From Eledone cirrhosa (lineage: Eukaryota), in assembly GCA_964016885.1 (NCBI GenBank), contig OZ024742.1, forward strand, positions 187,302,001 through 187,366,000: a stretch of 64,000 nt of DNA, written 5' to 3'. The notes under the pieces were generated by a model. It saw only the letters and a list, made by a program, of their open reading frames with translations, made no database searches and was not told the DNA's origin. Position 1 is the stretch's first letter; every line of letters starts with the position of its first letter. Of the stretch, positions 15,030 to 28,949 are shown one piece after another. The translations under genes and the position numbers were made by a program.

Positions 15030-15864
15030 ATTAAAGAAGAAATTAAAAGATAGTTAAAGAAGTTCCATATATTTTATTATGCGCATTTCGAAAACAACAT
15101 CATCCTGGGACAAAAATTGTGTTCTCATCAGATAAAATAAGGTAACATGATATGCGGCCTAAAAACACTTGTCAATAGGAAAGTGTAAAACCGACATATG
15201 ACAGAAAATATAATAGTAAGAAAAAGATAGGAAAATAGAAAAAAGAAAAGAAGAAGGAGAAAAAGGAAAAAGAATGTGAGGAGAGGAAAAAAGAAAAAAA
15301 AAGAAAAAAGAAAGAAGGAAGAGGGAGAAAGAGAAAGAGAGAGAGAGAGACTTTTGATCAGGAACGCTGTCAAAATGAAAACAGCTGTAAATAACGGTTA
15401 ACAAGTAAATTGATGAGGTTTATGTGCGAATATTATAGATGGTATTCAAATAATTAGAGGTCTAAAATATAGAAACTGGGTATATTATTTTATATTGGGT
15501 TTAAATACAAAAACTTGGATTAAGAAGTGTAAAAATGTATTAATAAAATAAAATAAAATAAAATAAAATAAAATTAAAATAAGTATAAAAAAAAGATTTT
15601 ATATGGAATAAAATAAAATAAAATAAAATAAAATAAAATAAAATAAAATAAAATTAAATAAAAAAATTAAAAATAGTCTATGTCAAAATTAAAAATTTCT
15701 ATTATATGTATGTTTTGCATTTTCCTGTTGACAAGTGTTTTGGGCCTCATATCATGTTACCTTATTTTATCTGATGAGTACACAATTTTTGTCCCAGGAT
15801 GATGTTGTTTTCGAAATGCGCATAATAAAATATATGGAACTTCTTTAACCATCTTTTAATTTCT

Positions 15865-15872
<8 letters not shown>
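15030..15872. mobile_element. Fold-back derivative of the 57-60 kb PLE 3' end, arms ~15030-15188 and ~15714-15872
   Basis: Inverted arms; 15040-15200 aligns by eye with 57340-57498; right end lies in (TA)n. Confidence 0.85.
15764..15831 (+). ncRNA. Minimal type I hammerhead ribozyme motif (mirror copy 15071-15138, minus strand)
   Basis: ATTTTAT-CTGATGA-G(A/T)ACACAA...TTGTTTTC-GAAA-TGCGCA-TA-ATAAAAT: 7-bp stem I, palindromic TGCGCA stem III. Confidence 0.85.
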
Positions 15873-15912
<40 letters not shown>

Positions 15913-15954
15913 AAGTATATAGCGAGAAGTACACATAGAGATATGTGTACTTCT

Positions 15955-16510
15955 CGTTAAATTATAGGGGATTATTGAGAGTCTTTAACTCCAATTTTTA
16001 ATTCGATATAATTGCTCCTGTTTCATTTGTATATGTAAGTAGAGCTTCTTAAGTTGAATGGTTCTGAGCTGCTATTTTTAGCGGCCTTATGGTCTATTCG
16101 CACTCAATGGGCTATACAACGTACATGTGCTTTCTCTATACCTTGTGCGTATTATTAGTTATCTAATATATTTTTAGAAGTGGAGATCGTATTCATAGGG
16201 CATCGCCGATGAGCTACCCTACAATATGTAGCCTTCACTTCATATAGCGGTACATACTCTATTTTGAGCATATCCGGATGCTATAGTTACATTGGATGGT
16301 TAGTACACTTTGATATATTCTTTTAATTGATAGGTATTCACCATTCCTTTCATAGTTAATATATTCTTCACTCTGGTGGTTTTAAATCCTCTATCTTATA
16401 TTTTAAATCACATATATTTGTGTACTTATATAAAGAGCCCGGAATCAGTACCTTGAGCTCATTAAATCATAGTGGGTGATTGTGAGTTTTTAACTCCACT
16501 TTTTAATTTG

Positions 16511-16515
<5 letters not shown>
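15955..16515 (+). mobile_element. Short element in (TA)n with directly repeated tail (pLTR-like)
   Basis: TTAAATTATAGGGGATT..GAG..TTTAACTCCA.TTTTTAATT.GATATA at ~15957-16008 and ~16462-16515; the same tail occurs again at ~60816-60878. Confidence 0.55.
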
Positions 16516-16553
<38 letters not shown>

Positions 16554-16631
16554 GAAGAAGAGAGAGAGGGGTAGAAAACTGGAAGGTAATATCCGTAGTG
16601 GTAGAGCACTCAGTCCATGGGACAAATTAGG

Positions 16632-16772
16632 TAGAAGTGGTAACACAACAGTTAGTTCACCATACCGAGAACGATTGTTTCACCTTAGCGGATCCTCATT
16701 CCGTGCTGAGGATCTGCTAAGGTGAAACAAATGTTCTCGGTATGGTAAACTAACTTTTGTGTAACACTTCTA
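16632..16772. mobile_element. Mini fold-back, arms 16632-16698 and 16707-16772
   Basis: AGAAGTGGTAACACAA...GGATCCTCA / TGAGGATC...TGTGTAACACTTCT; right end lies in (TA)n. Confidence 0.8.
16701..16740 (+). ncRNA. Degenerate minimal hammerhead motif
   Basis: CCGTG-CTGAGGA-TCTGCTAAGGT-GAAA-CAAATG-TT-CTCGG: core intact, stems partly mismatched. Confidence 0.55.
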
Positions 16773-16787
16773 TATATATATATATAA

Positions 16788-16892
<105 letters not shown>

Positions 16893-16899
16893 TTTATAC

Positions 16900-17400
<501 letters not shown>

Positions 17401-17443
17401 GTAGATTACATTTTATGTATGTTATGTGTAATATATAGTCGTC

Positions 17444-17597
17444 GAATTGGCAGAGGCGTGAGAACGTCGGATAGAATGCTTTACGGTATTCGCTCCAGCT
17501 CTCTACTCTCTGAGTTCAAATCCCGCCGAGGTCAACTTTACCTTTCATCCTTTCGAGGTTGATAAAAAAAAGTACCTCTCTAGTACTGGGGTCGATT
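17444..17597 (+). mobile_element. SINE family A (older copy)
   Basis: A-box-like TGGCAGAGGCGTG, B box GAGTTCAAATCCC, family A body. Confidence 0.8.
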
Positions 17598-18093
17598 CTT
17601 CCTCTATATCTCTTTCTCTTTTCCTCTCTCTCACTTTCTATCTGTCTCTTGAAGAAATCTGCTGCACACAGGCCTGGAGAGGGATGGGCTTCGCCAGTCT
17701 TAAAATGCCCAAGAAATGTCGTATGTCAATACGGCACCCCTAAAAAACTCAATCAGGAGTTACGAGACCATACATACATGTGTGTTATACATGCTATGTA
17801 AGTAGTATAAATATTCATAGATTCTGTACTTGTTTCCACGATATTTCATGTTTGCAAGGAAACACGAAGACATACTCCTAACTTCTCTAAAAACTCCGAA
17901 TAATCTTTTATATCTTCAATATTATTGGGTCATCAAGTATGAAATTTGTAGAAATTTTTTTTTTTTTTCTACAAATGTCTACAGATTTCATATTTGACGA
18001 CCCAACATATTATATCAGTCTTCACGGTTCCCTCTCATCTACACCCTCCATTATTTACACCATTTTCTTATTTCTACTTGTGACCATGTTTCT

Positions 18094-18094
18094 T

Positions 18095-18153
<59 letters not shown>

Positions 18154-18184
18154 GCTGCTGCTGCTACTGCTGCTACTGCTGCTG

Positions 18185-18231
<47 letters not shown>

Positions 18232-18263
18232 GCTACTACTACTACTACTACTGCTACTGCTAC

Positions 18264-18321
<58 letters not shown>

Positions 18322-18331
18322 GCTGCTGCTG

Positions 18332-18366
<35 letters not shown>

Positions 18367-18403
18367 GATACTACCACTAATACTACTGCTACTACTACTA
18401 CTA
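18094..18403. repeat. (CTA)n/(CTG)n microsatellite
   Basis: Direct reading. Confidence 0.97.
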
Positions 18404-18532
18404 TCCAACCAATTGATGTCGCCACCAGGTTTACATATTCATGTATCTCTCCATCTCATTTCCTCCTCCTCCGCCTACTCATGATCATGATGATCATCAT
18501 CATCCTACTTCTTCTTCATTATTTCTTTCTTA

Positions 18533-18728
18533 AGGCGGTGGATTGGCAGTATTGGTAGAGGGTCGGACGCCATGCTTTGATTCATAGAGTTACGGTCCTT
18601 GCCATTCTGAGTTCAAATCCCGCCGAGGTTAACTTTGGCTTTAATCCTTACGGGGTCGATAAAATAAAGTACCAGTAATGTACTGGTTGATTGCTGGCCT
18701 TGTGCCCCAAAAAGAGGAAACAATTATT
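18533..18728 (+). mobile_element. SINE family A, full length
   Basis: GGCGGTGGATTGGCAGTATTGGTAGA (A box), GAGTTCAAATCCC (B box), conserved body and ACAATTATT end, followed by (TTC)n at 18729-18836. Confidence 0.9.
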
Positions 18729-19079
18729 TTCTTCTTCTTCTTCTTCTTCTTCTTCTTCTTCTTCTTCTTCTTCTTCTTCTTCTTCTTCTTCTTCTTCTTC
18801 TTCTTCTTCTTCTTCTTCTTCTTCTTCTTCTTCTTCTCCTCCTCCTCCACTTCCACCACCTCCTCCTACACATCAGCCACCTCCTCCTCCTGCACCTCAA
18901 CCAGCCCCCTCCCCCTCCTCATCTCCCCTCCCCTCCTCCTCTCCCTGGAAGCTATTCAACTCTTCCCTAATAATTCAAGTTTATTCTATACTCTATGAAT
19001 AATTCATTGTTTCTTTTATTATGGTGATTGTGATTCCTGCTTAGCCGACACCCTAACAATCTATTTAAACCTACTATCT

Positions 19080-20705
<1,626 letters not shown>

Positions 20706-21610
20706 GGAAACGAGTATACATTTCCTTATTCCAAAAAGATGGCATATGGGTGATAGCTAAAAAACAGACAAAACTTAGATGTAATAAAAAAAATATAAAA
20801 GAAATATTGTGTTTACAAATATAATCAACCTCCTTTTTTATTTCATATTGTTGACTTAGTTTTCTCTTCTAAAAATAACCGAATCACAGATAATTAATCA
20901 TTAAAGTATACATTAATTCATTGAGTATATATACATATATTATTAGAAATCAATGGCCATATTTGTGAATTAATATTTTCTGTTGGGCATACTGAATGTA
21001 CGGATGTAATTCATTTGGCTGTTTTAAAGCACTATATAATATATAGGTATATTGAAACGAGTGTTATTAATGATTGTGTTACAGCCAATATAATTGTGTT
21101 ATTTATTTAAGTCTTAGCCATTAAATCTGTATATAAAGAACTAATTCCCCCTTCTCACGTTAGATATAGTAAGATATATCTATATGAAATACAATCATCC
21201 CTTTGGCTACCAACTTATCTGAAAACACTTTTGGTTGTTTGCGTTAAAATGGTTATTTCAAAGTGTTTATATTTATCTGAAACCGGGTCAACTTTCACTT
21301 TCATCCATTCGATATCGATAAAAAATGTACCAGTCTAGTAACGGAGTCGATTTCCCCTCTATATCTCTTTGTCATTTCCGTTTTCTCAGTCTCAATTATT
21401 CTCTGGGAGAGATCTGCTGTATTAAGACTCGGAGAAGAAATGGACTCCGCCAGGTGTGGAAAATGCCCTAGAAACATTACTCCCGCTGGAGTTACGAGGC
21501 CATATATGCATGCATTTTTCCGTAAAAAACTTTCCATCATAATTTTAGGCATGCATATTTGTTAAGTTCCACATAGCATAATAATGAGAAAGTTACATTA
21601 TATTACTAAA

Positions 21611-21805
21611 AGCGGTGGTGGATTGGCAGTATTGGTAGAGGGTCGGACGCCATGCTTTGTGTCAAAGAGTTACGGCCCTTTATGGTCTGAGTTTAAATCC
21701 CGCCGATGTTAACTTTGCCTTTCATCCTTACAGGGTCGATTTATATAAAGTACCAGTAATGCACTGGGTAATTGCTGGCCTTGTGCCTAAAGTAGAAACA
21801 ATTAT
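21611..21805 (+). mobile_element. SINE family A, full length
   Basis: Same head, B-box region and tail as 18533-18728. Confidence 0.9.
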
Positions 21806-22339
21806 ATTTGTTTGGTTATTTACAAAATTATTTGAAAACCATAGGCAGTGTGTTTTATTAGAAATATGCTAATCGAACTGTTACATATCACTACCAAACA
21901 CGGAAATTACTTTTTCCATGACATACACGACCGCAGAAAAGTATGCAAAGACCTCTTATATTTAGTGGCTGTCGATGACAATATGAACATAATCAATAGT
22001 TGAAGCTTATTTTGTAGTTCTGAACTAAGTTTCATATAACTGTGCCAACCAGATATTTTGTAGATACTTCAGCAGTTTACAATCTATACAATGTTACTAA
22101 CAGGGTTATTGTCTGCTACTCAGAATAAAAGTTTAGTGACAGTTCGAAAGTTTGGACATGTCTGACAGTCAACATTAAACTCTGTAGCAGAGGTCAATAG
22201 ATATATTTAGAGAATGGCCGATTCGAAATATTTCTGTGTCTTGCTAACCAAAGAGAATAACAAAAAAGTCAAAAATAAAGGAAACGAAGCTTTGGAAACA
22301 GCTTTCTTTGAATATTCCTTCAATATCTTCAGACACAGA

Positions 22340-22432
22340 CATGGCTGTGTGGTTAGAGAGTTTGCTTCCCAACCACGTGTTTCGGATTCAGATCCACAGC
22401 GTGATACTATCGACAAGTATATTCTACTACAG
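22340..22432 (+). mobile_element. tRNA-derived SINE family B head (related pieces at ~33960-34110, ~48690-48840, ~52285-52420 and ~50245-50320 minus)
   Basis: CATGGCTGTGTGGTTAGAGAGTTTGCTTCCCAACCAC..GGATTCAGATCC: tRNA-like A and B boxes, then GACAAGT..TTCTACTA.AG. Confidence 0.65.
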
Positions 22433-22756
22433 TTTATATATATATATTTATGTAAAAGGTAAACAGAAATAAATTAAACAGCACAGTACATGGAAGAAAT
22501 ATGTTAGTTTAACACTTAAAAGTTCTCTCTCTATCTCTCTCTCTCTCTCAATCTGAATTAAGTTCTCTTTTGTCATATCGTGTGCCCTTCTCAGTTAATC
22601 CCTTGCATTTACTGGAGTTATATTAAAAAAAAAAGATTACCTAACATATAAAAACCTGCAAGTATTTATCAACCAATAAGAACTCTACAGCGTAAATGTT
22701 TCTTTAGGGACAATTGTGAAATTGGGGACGAAATTTTGATATTAATGTAATCAAAT

Positions 22757-22910
22757 AATTATTTCTGATTTAGGCACTAGGCCAACAAATTTGGGAGTGG
22801 GGGAAAGTCGATTAAATCGACTCCAGTATGTTTCTGGTGCTTTATTTTATCGGCCCTGCTAACCTCTGTGAAATTTGAACTCAGAATGCAAAGGGTCGTA
22901 AGGTTAATCA
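22757..22910 (-). mobile_element. SINE family A (older copy)
   Basis: AATTATTTCTGATTTAGGCACTAGGCC..TTTATTTTATCG..TTTGAACTCAGAA. Confidence 0.75.
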
Positions 22911-24027
22911 AAGACAAAGAATATACTCTGTAAAGTGTTTCAATATACTCCATCTTTGAAAATGGCACCATACCATAAACAGGTTAAGTTCATTTCGGAG
23001 CAAATTTCAAAGAAGAACATCCATCACTTTGTACTTGTCTTTTATATGTATTTGTGTTGTGGTCATCCGTACATGGTGACCACTGACGTCCGATGGAGGT
23101 ATTTTCAGTCAGTCATCTCCCTAATAGTGAGAACCTTATATACGATAACTAGCTATTTGTTCAAGATCTGATTTGATTGTCCCAATCTACATTTGCAATT
23201 GGCCACCTTACCGTTTACACCAACCCCGAAGGGGCACAGACGCAATTACATTGTGGATGAGACCACCATGTGAGTGGCAAATTGCGCCTTTTAAATAGAA
23301 GTTGGAGGGAATCAAGCCGGCCGCATCACTGATATTTAGTCATATCATTTAGAGCACCAGATTAACGCATCGGTGTTTATTGCGGATCTTTGCACTCCGC
23401 ATTCAAATCCTGCCGTGGTCAACTTTGCTTACATGTATTCGTGGTCGATAAATAAAGAGCCACTAGTACAGGGACAGAGAACTAGCAGAATTGGTATAAG
23501 ATCTGATGTAATGCTAAACGATATCTAATCCGTTTGTGTGCTCTGATTTCAAACCCCGTCTCCTGCAACTGCATATAGTATTGGCAATGCAAAAACTAAT
23601 AGAAACATAGTTTTATTAGTCCGGTATGACGTTCAACTCGTTTCCTTTTTGAACTGCAGGTCAATAACTTACAGTTGAAGATCAGACAACAATTCATCGA
23701 TAAATAAGTCAAATAGCATCTTAAGAGTGTTTTTAATGCTTTCCCATTTTCATAAAGATCTGAAAAACGCTTTTAAATCTGTCGCTTCAGATTAATGAGT
23801 CTTGAGCGAATTCTAAAGGCGATGAAGTATTTGTTTCTTAGTTGTAGTTTTCACGGTAGGGAAAATGGTGGAAGTTATTCATCATGAGCTGGGAGTGAAA
23901 GAATGTTAACGTATTTTAACAAGTGAAGAAATTTTAATGTATTTTAATGAGTGAAGAAAGTTTAAAGTATTTTAACGAGTTCAATTTTAGTTTACAAGGC
24001 TAATCTGAGATTTTATATGCAGCATAT

Positions 24028-24397
24028 ACTGAGATCACAGTTCCGCTACTATGGGCATATGGTTAGAATGTCTCAGGAAAGAATCGCTGGACAGAGTTTA
24101 CGGGCAAAACCAACTGGTAACAGACTCCAGCGGTAGACTCCGAGCACGATAGTTGGATAACATCCATGAGGTGGGCTGGTCTCGCTTGGAGATCCAGCTG
24201 GATCATTTGGATACAGTTGCTTCTGACAGGACCCGATTGAAGGAGTGTTCAAGACTCTGCCCCTATGATCCTCTCAGGAAGAAGAAGAAGAAGAAGAAGA
24301 AGAAGAAGAAGAAGAAGAAGAAGAAGAAGAAGAAGAAGAAGAAGAAGAAGAAGAAGAAGAAGAAGAAGAAGAAGAAGAAGAAGAAGAAGAAGAAGAA
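24028..24397 (+). mobile_element. RTE-clade (Expander-like) LINE 3' end with (GAA)n tail
   Basis: RSQFRYYGHMVRMSQERIA..AKPTGNR..GRLRAR..DNIHEVGWSRLEI..VASDR matches the RTE C-terminal pattern; (GAA)n at 24278-24397. Confidence 0.8.
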
Positions 24398-24711
24398 TAT
24401 AAACTGGGAGAGTGATAACTTTCAGTCATACAAAGTCTAATTCTCTTATTGGTTTCGATCATTGGACTACGCTGCATCACTTGGAAGTGACTTAGACTTC
24501 CCAAGTCTTATTTGCTTGAAGCCTGGTAATTACTTATCGATTTCGTTTTGTCGAACTACTAAGTTACGGGACATAAACAAACAGTTCTATTTCTTCTTCC
24601 TCGACATTCATTCTTCTCTTCGTTTATCATTCATTTCAACTCTCTCATTTTTATTTTCTATTTTTTTTTATTTTCGGAAAATTCTACGAAGGATGCATTT
24701 CTATCATCACT

Positions 24712-24806
24712 TTTCTTCTTCTTCTTCTTCTTCTTCTTCTTCTTCTTCTTCTTCTTCTTCTTCTTCTTCTTCTTCTTCTTCTTCTTCTTCTTCTTCTTCT
24801 TCTTCT
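24712..24806. repeat. (TTC)n microsatellite
   Basis: Direct reading. Confidence 0.97.
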
Positions 24807-25219
24807 ACCCCATCATAATCAACATCACCATCCTCCTCTGCACAATCACTATCACCATTCTCCTCCTCCTCCTCATCATCACCATCATCATCATTATTAT
24901 TACCAATATAGCACTACGACCACCACCACAATCACCACCAAAGATCATTGTTTTGGACCATGCAAAGATAATCTTGTGACCACATCGCAAATGAGGAGGA
25001 CATGTAATTTCCCGGATACCATCACTTAATTTCTAATTAAATCTCGTAATTTTCCCCTCTGTCTCTCAAATACACTCTCATATATCTTTCAATGAAAAAC
25101 TACTTCCCGAAACACTATGGCTTCTTCCGAACTATTTTAAACGCTAAACTAATAAACCTAAAATTGTATTGTACTCTCGTGTTCTTTTCATTGACGTTTC
25201 TGAAAACATACATATATAA

Positions 25220-25307
<88 letters not shown>

Positions 25308-25314
<7 letters not shown>

Positions 25315-25580
25315 TGTAATACACAACATAATGCAATTATTCCATTTACCAGTGGTTTCTTAAAAGCAAAAAAATTTGCTTTCAATCCTCAGAAGGAAAA
25401 AATCCTGGTCTAGACCAGGATCTTTTCATTCTGAGGATTGAAAGCAACATTTTTTGCTTTTAAGACACCACTGGTAAATGGAATAATTGCCTTATGTTGT
25501 TTATTACATAACTATTAAGCTCTGTTACCTACATAGAGCACTCTTTTTTCCTGGACTTTTCCGACGGAAGTACTTCATTC
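25308..25580. mobile_element. Spacer-less fold-back with hammerheads, centre 25411/25412, right tail 25515-25580
   Basis: Perfect centre ATCCTGGTCTAGACCAGGAT, ~100-bp arms, (TA)n on both sides. Confidence 0.88.
25340..25399 (-). ncRNA. Type I hammerhead motif (mirror copy 25424-25483, plus strand)
   Basis: TTTC(C/A)TT-CTGAGGA-TTGAAAGCAA..TTGCTTTTAA-GAAA-CCACTGG-TA-AATGGAA: 10-bp stem II, GUA site. The plus copy has GACA in place of GAAA. Confidence 0.85.
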
Positions 25581-25654
25581 ATACATATATATATATATAT
25601 GCGGGAAAGTAAGAAATCGGATAATAGACCGTTAAAACATGTTTATTTAAAACA

Positions 25655-25695
25655 GCACCTACGTACGTTTCGCCTGGTTGGGCTTCCCAAGGGTA
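25655..25695 (-). ncRNA. Degenerate minimal hammerhead in the PLE 3' pLTR
   Basis: TACCC-TTGGGAA-GCC CAACCA GGC-GAAA-CGTACG-TA-GGTG: palindromic stem III and GUA site, but the 5' core is altered. Confidence 0.55.
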
Positions 25696-26064
25696 TAAAT
25701 AATCAAAAGTGTTCCTTACATTGCTCGGAAAGAGTTTTTGGGGTTAAATCTACGTCAAGGTTTATTGCTCGCAAAAGTAGCTTGTTTTGATTTTGCAGCA
25801 GGTCAAGGGAGGTAACTCTGGCCGTTGTTAGGGCAGTCTTTCCCGGACAAATGTTTTATCCGCTACGAGATGAGGTTACAACCTTACTATTGTCGATACG
25901 CATGTAATCAGCGCTTATTTTGAGAGGTTTTTTTTAGCTGCATCTGTTTGTCTGAGTCGTTTGAGGCTGGGTCTGGTATGCAAGGATAGTTTCCTGGGTG
26001 TTATTTTGCAGCGCCTGCCCGCCGGGGTGTTAAGACTTGTTGCAGGGAGATCCGGTGCACGGTT

Positions 26065-26960
26065 TTACTCCTCATCCTTAACCCATCTGAAGAAGGATAT
26101 TTTTAAGCGATGTGTACAACTTATCGCTGTTTCTACTCTGCTGTTGATGAGCTCGTGGGGTGCAGTTATGATGTGGTAGAGCTCCATGAGACAAAGATCG
26201 CATTTCCTCTTGAAGTTGTTCGGTGCAGCCCTTCCGACAATATCCCAGTGCGTGGAGAAGCTGATATTTAAGTCCTTTAGTGATGTGATGTAGTCCACGA
26301 GCGAAGTGGAGTGTCTTAGTTTTTTATTTGTGGAAGAGTGGAGATGTGTTCGAAACCTAATTTTGAACGCGCCGGAGGTAGCCCCTTTATAGTGTTTAAC
26401 GCTATTGTGGCTAGTTATAGTGCATCTATATATAACCCTATCAGTCAAGCAGTATCCTCTAAGGCGGCAGCGTCCTCTGTCGCGGCAGTTGCAAATTCTG
26501 TCGCGGTTCCGTCTATTTCCTACGGTAAGGCAATCATTGTTGCTGCCTACGTTGTTATCCCCGCTACCGCAGCTGTCGTTAGCACCATTACAACCCAGAG
26601 CACGCGGGGTGGTGCGATTGTTATTCCGCACGTCATGTCCTGCATGTTCCCCTGTCATTTCGCGGTTATGCTGGTTGCGTCTGCGGATGCCGTTGCCAAC
26701 ACTATTGGATGCTGCCAGGGAGTTGTTAAGGCCGATATAGTTATTGTCAGGTGTAGGTGCGCCTGAGTCGAGGTGCTGTGTCTTGGTGATCTTACTGTGG
26801 TTCGTTGTTCCTATGATGTCTGCTAGGTTAGGAGTAGTAGAGAAGGATATTTTTATATTGTTCCTATTAAGAATTTTTCTATACCTATGGTTGGGCGGGA
26901 AGTTCTTCTCTAAGGCTTCGAAGAACATCCGGGGTATGTTGGAGGCCTATCCGTAACTAT
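26065..26960 (-). pseudogene. PLE linker and GIY-YIG endonuclease domain
   Basis: KNFPPNHRYRKILNRNNIKISFS, CNCRDRGRC..GYCL, VIY..HYKG (GIY-YIG), FKIRFRTH, CDLCLME, LINSR..CTH. Confidence 0.88.
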
Positions 26961-27629
26961 GGACCTCAACCACAAGGTTGTCAACTTCCTGGAAGTGACC
27001 CTGGAGTTGAGTACGGGGTTATACAAGCCATACCATAAGCCTGGAGAGTGCCTCTCTTATATTAATTATGCCTCCAACCACCCTAAGCAGACTCTCAACT
27101 CCATAGTCTATAGTATCTCACATAGAATCTCGAGACTATCCGCCAATGAGGATATCTTCAAGCAAGCGGCAGATTACTATAATAGGGCCCTGATAAGCGG
27201 CGGCTTTAACCGAGGAATTTCCTACATCCCTAACGCAAGCTCTAGAAACCACCCCCTCATAAAACGAACGTTATAGTAAGCCATACCTATAACCGATCAC
27301 GAGGCGACCTCGTTGAAGTCGGATATAATAGAATAGATAAGCGCACTAAAGATCACGACCCCGGCGACGGTGAACACTGTAGCTTACTCGAACTATTCCC
27401 CTATTACAAAACCAACAAAGGCGACGGCCTACTACCAACGCCTTCCAACCAACATCTTCCTGTACATAAACATGGAAGAGGTAGGAAGAGTGCACCCGAG
27501 CATAAAGTGAAAGGGGCAATGAACGGGCGACTGCGCATTAACACACATAAGAGCGGTCACCTAGATGGAACCACCCGTAGCAAACGTACAAGGACACGTA
27601 ATCGCCACCGTATCGTCCTATGGTTCCAC
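26959..27629 (+). pseudogene. PLE reverse transcriptase C-terminal/thumb fragment (inverted piece)
   Basis: VNFLEVTLEL..YKPYHKP..YINYASNHP..RISRLS..YNRAL..GF, and a later frame ends RHRIVLWFH at ~27629. Confidence 0.85.
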
Positions 27630-27858
27630 TGGGGAACATGCAGGACATGACGTGCGGAATAACATGTTTTAACGGTCTATTCTCCGATTTCTTACTTTCC
27701 CACGTGCTTACGCTCTGCTAATTCTCTAGCCCAATAAATATTAACACTTCGAATACTGCCGGCACTAGTATTGAGCACCTTTGGCATACGCTACTTGGCA
27801 AATAACTGTATGTATCACCTATCCTCCCCTTTATTTTCTCTCTCTCAATACGTAAATA

Positions 27859-27910
<52 letters not shown>

Positions 27911-27965
27911 ATATGTGTATATACATATATTTATAAATATATCTATATGTATATATTGTATACAA

Positions 27966-28940
27966 GTGGAAGCTTAGTAAAATCGAAGCTTTGGCTGTGG
28001 CCAAGCAAGGTCGACCTACAATAAGGGATGAGTAGCAAAGTTAGAGTAATAATTGTTTCTACTTTTGGCACAAGGCCAGAAATTAACCAGTGTATTACTG
28101 GCACTTTATTTTATCGTCCCTGTAAGGATGAAAAGCAAAGTTAACCTCGGCGGGGTTTGAACTCATAATGGAAAAGGCTGTAACTCTTTGCGTCAAAGCA
28201 TGGCGTCCGACCCTCTACCGATACTGCCAATCCACCTTTCGAGTAATAATTATTTCTACTTTTGGCACAAGGCCAGTAATTACCCAGTACATTACTGGTA
28301 CTTTATTTTATCGACCTCGTAAGGATGAAAGGCAAAGTTAACCTCGGCGGGATTTGGAGTAATAATATAAGTTTAAATAGCTTGACAAATTGAAAATTGC
28401 GGTAGGCAAAAACCAGGCATACAATACCAAAACAACGAAGAACTAATCAGGTTAAAAACAGACCTGGACAGATCGGACGATATTCTGCAATACGTCCGAT
28501 ATGTTTCTATGAATCAGAAATCATCTATCCAACTTACGTAACCCGTAAGCTTGTGGTATTCCATGATCGAACAAGGGATTCATTTCATCAACAGGCATTC
28601 CGTTCTATTGCCACAAACTGGTGTGAAAAAACTAAATGCGACCGCCACAATAGACAGCCTTCAAATATTTCGCTGTCACGTGTTATTTCCAACATGGAAG
28701 CAACCCCTGGTTTTTGGCGGGTAAATTCAAAATGTTAACAAAGGAAAAAATAATTCCGCTCCACTTTCCGAAAAAAAGCTCTCAACCAGACGTTATTAAA
28801 CAAACACAAATAATTAACCAATTAACAGAATTGTCTAATTAAATTAATTAGTTAATTATTAAGTCTAGGAGAAAATAATACCAGTGGAAGCTTAGTAAAA
28901 TCGAAGCTTTGGCTGTGGCCAAGCAAAATCGACCTGCAAT
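27966..28940. mobile_element. Segment bounded by ~55-bp direct repeats (27966-28022, 28884-28940), pLTR-like, with two SINE A insertions
   Basis: GTGGAAGCTTAGTAAAATCGAAGCTTTGGCTGTGGCCAAGCAA..TCGACCT.CAATA occurs twice; hairpin at 28469-28503. Confidence 0.5.
28048..28356 (-). mobile_element. Two tandem SINE family A copies (28048-28236 and 28245-28356)
   Basis: Reverse complements of the 18533-type consensus. Confidence 0.88.
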
Positions 28941-28949
28941 ATGTAGTAA

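Larger units (their letters stand above)
25597..27860 (-). mobile_element. Rearranged 5'-truncated Penelope-like element (Naiad-like motif set)
   Basis: Minus 26065-26960 encodes linker plus GIY-YIG; plus 26959-27629 encodes the RT C-terminus; tail 25600-25642 is inverted at 27661-27701; (TA)n on both sides. Confidence 0.88.

Noticed and set aside
18533-18625. tRNA genes at A/B-box sequences
   Set aside because: No cloverleaf; each head continues into the same SINE body in many copies.
26338-26956. Plus-strand ORFs over the PLE endonuclease, and antisense ORFs at 37467-38175 and 38619-40505
   Set aside because: Shadow frames of the PLE coding strand.
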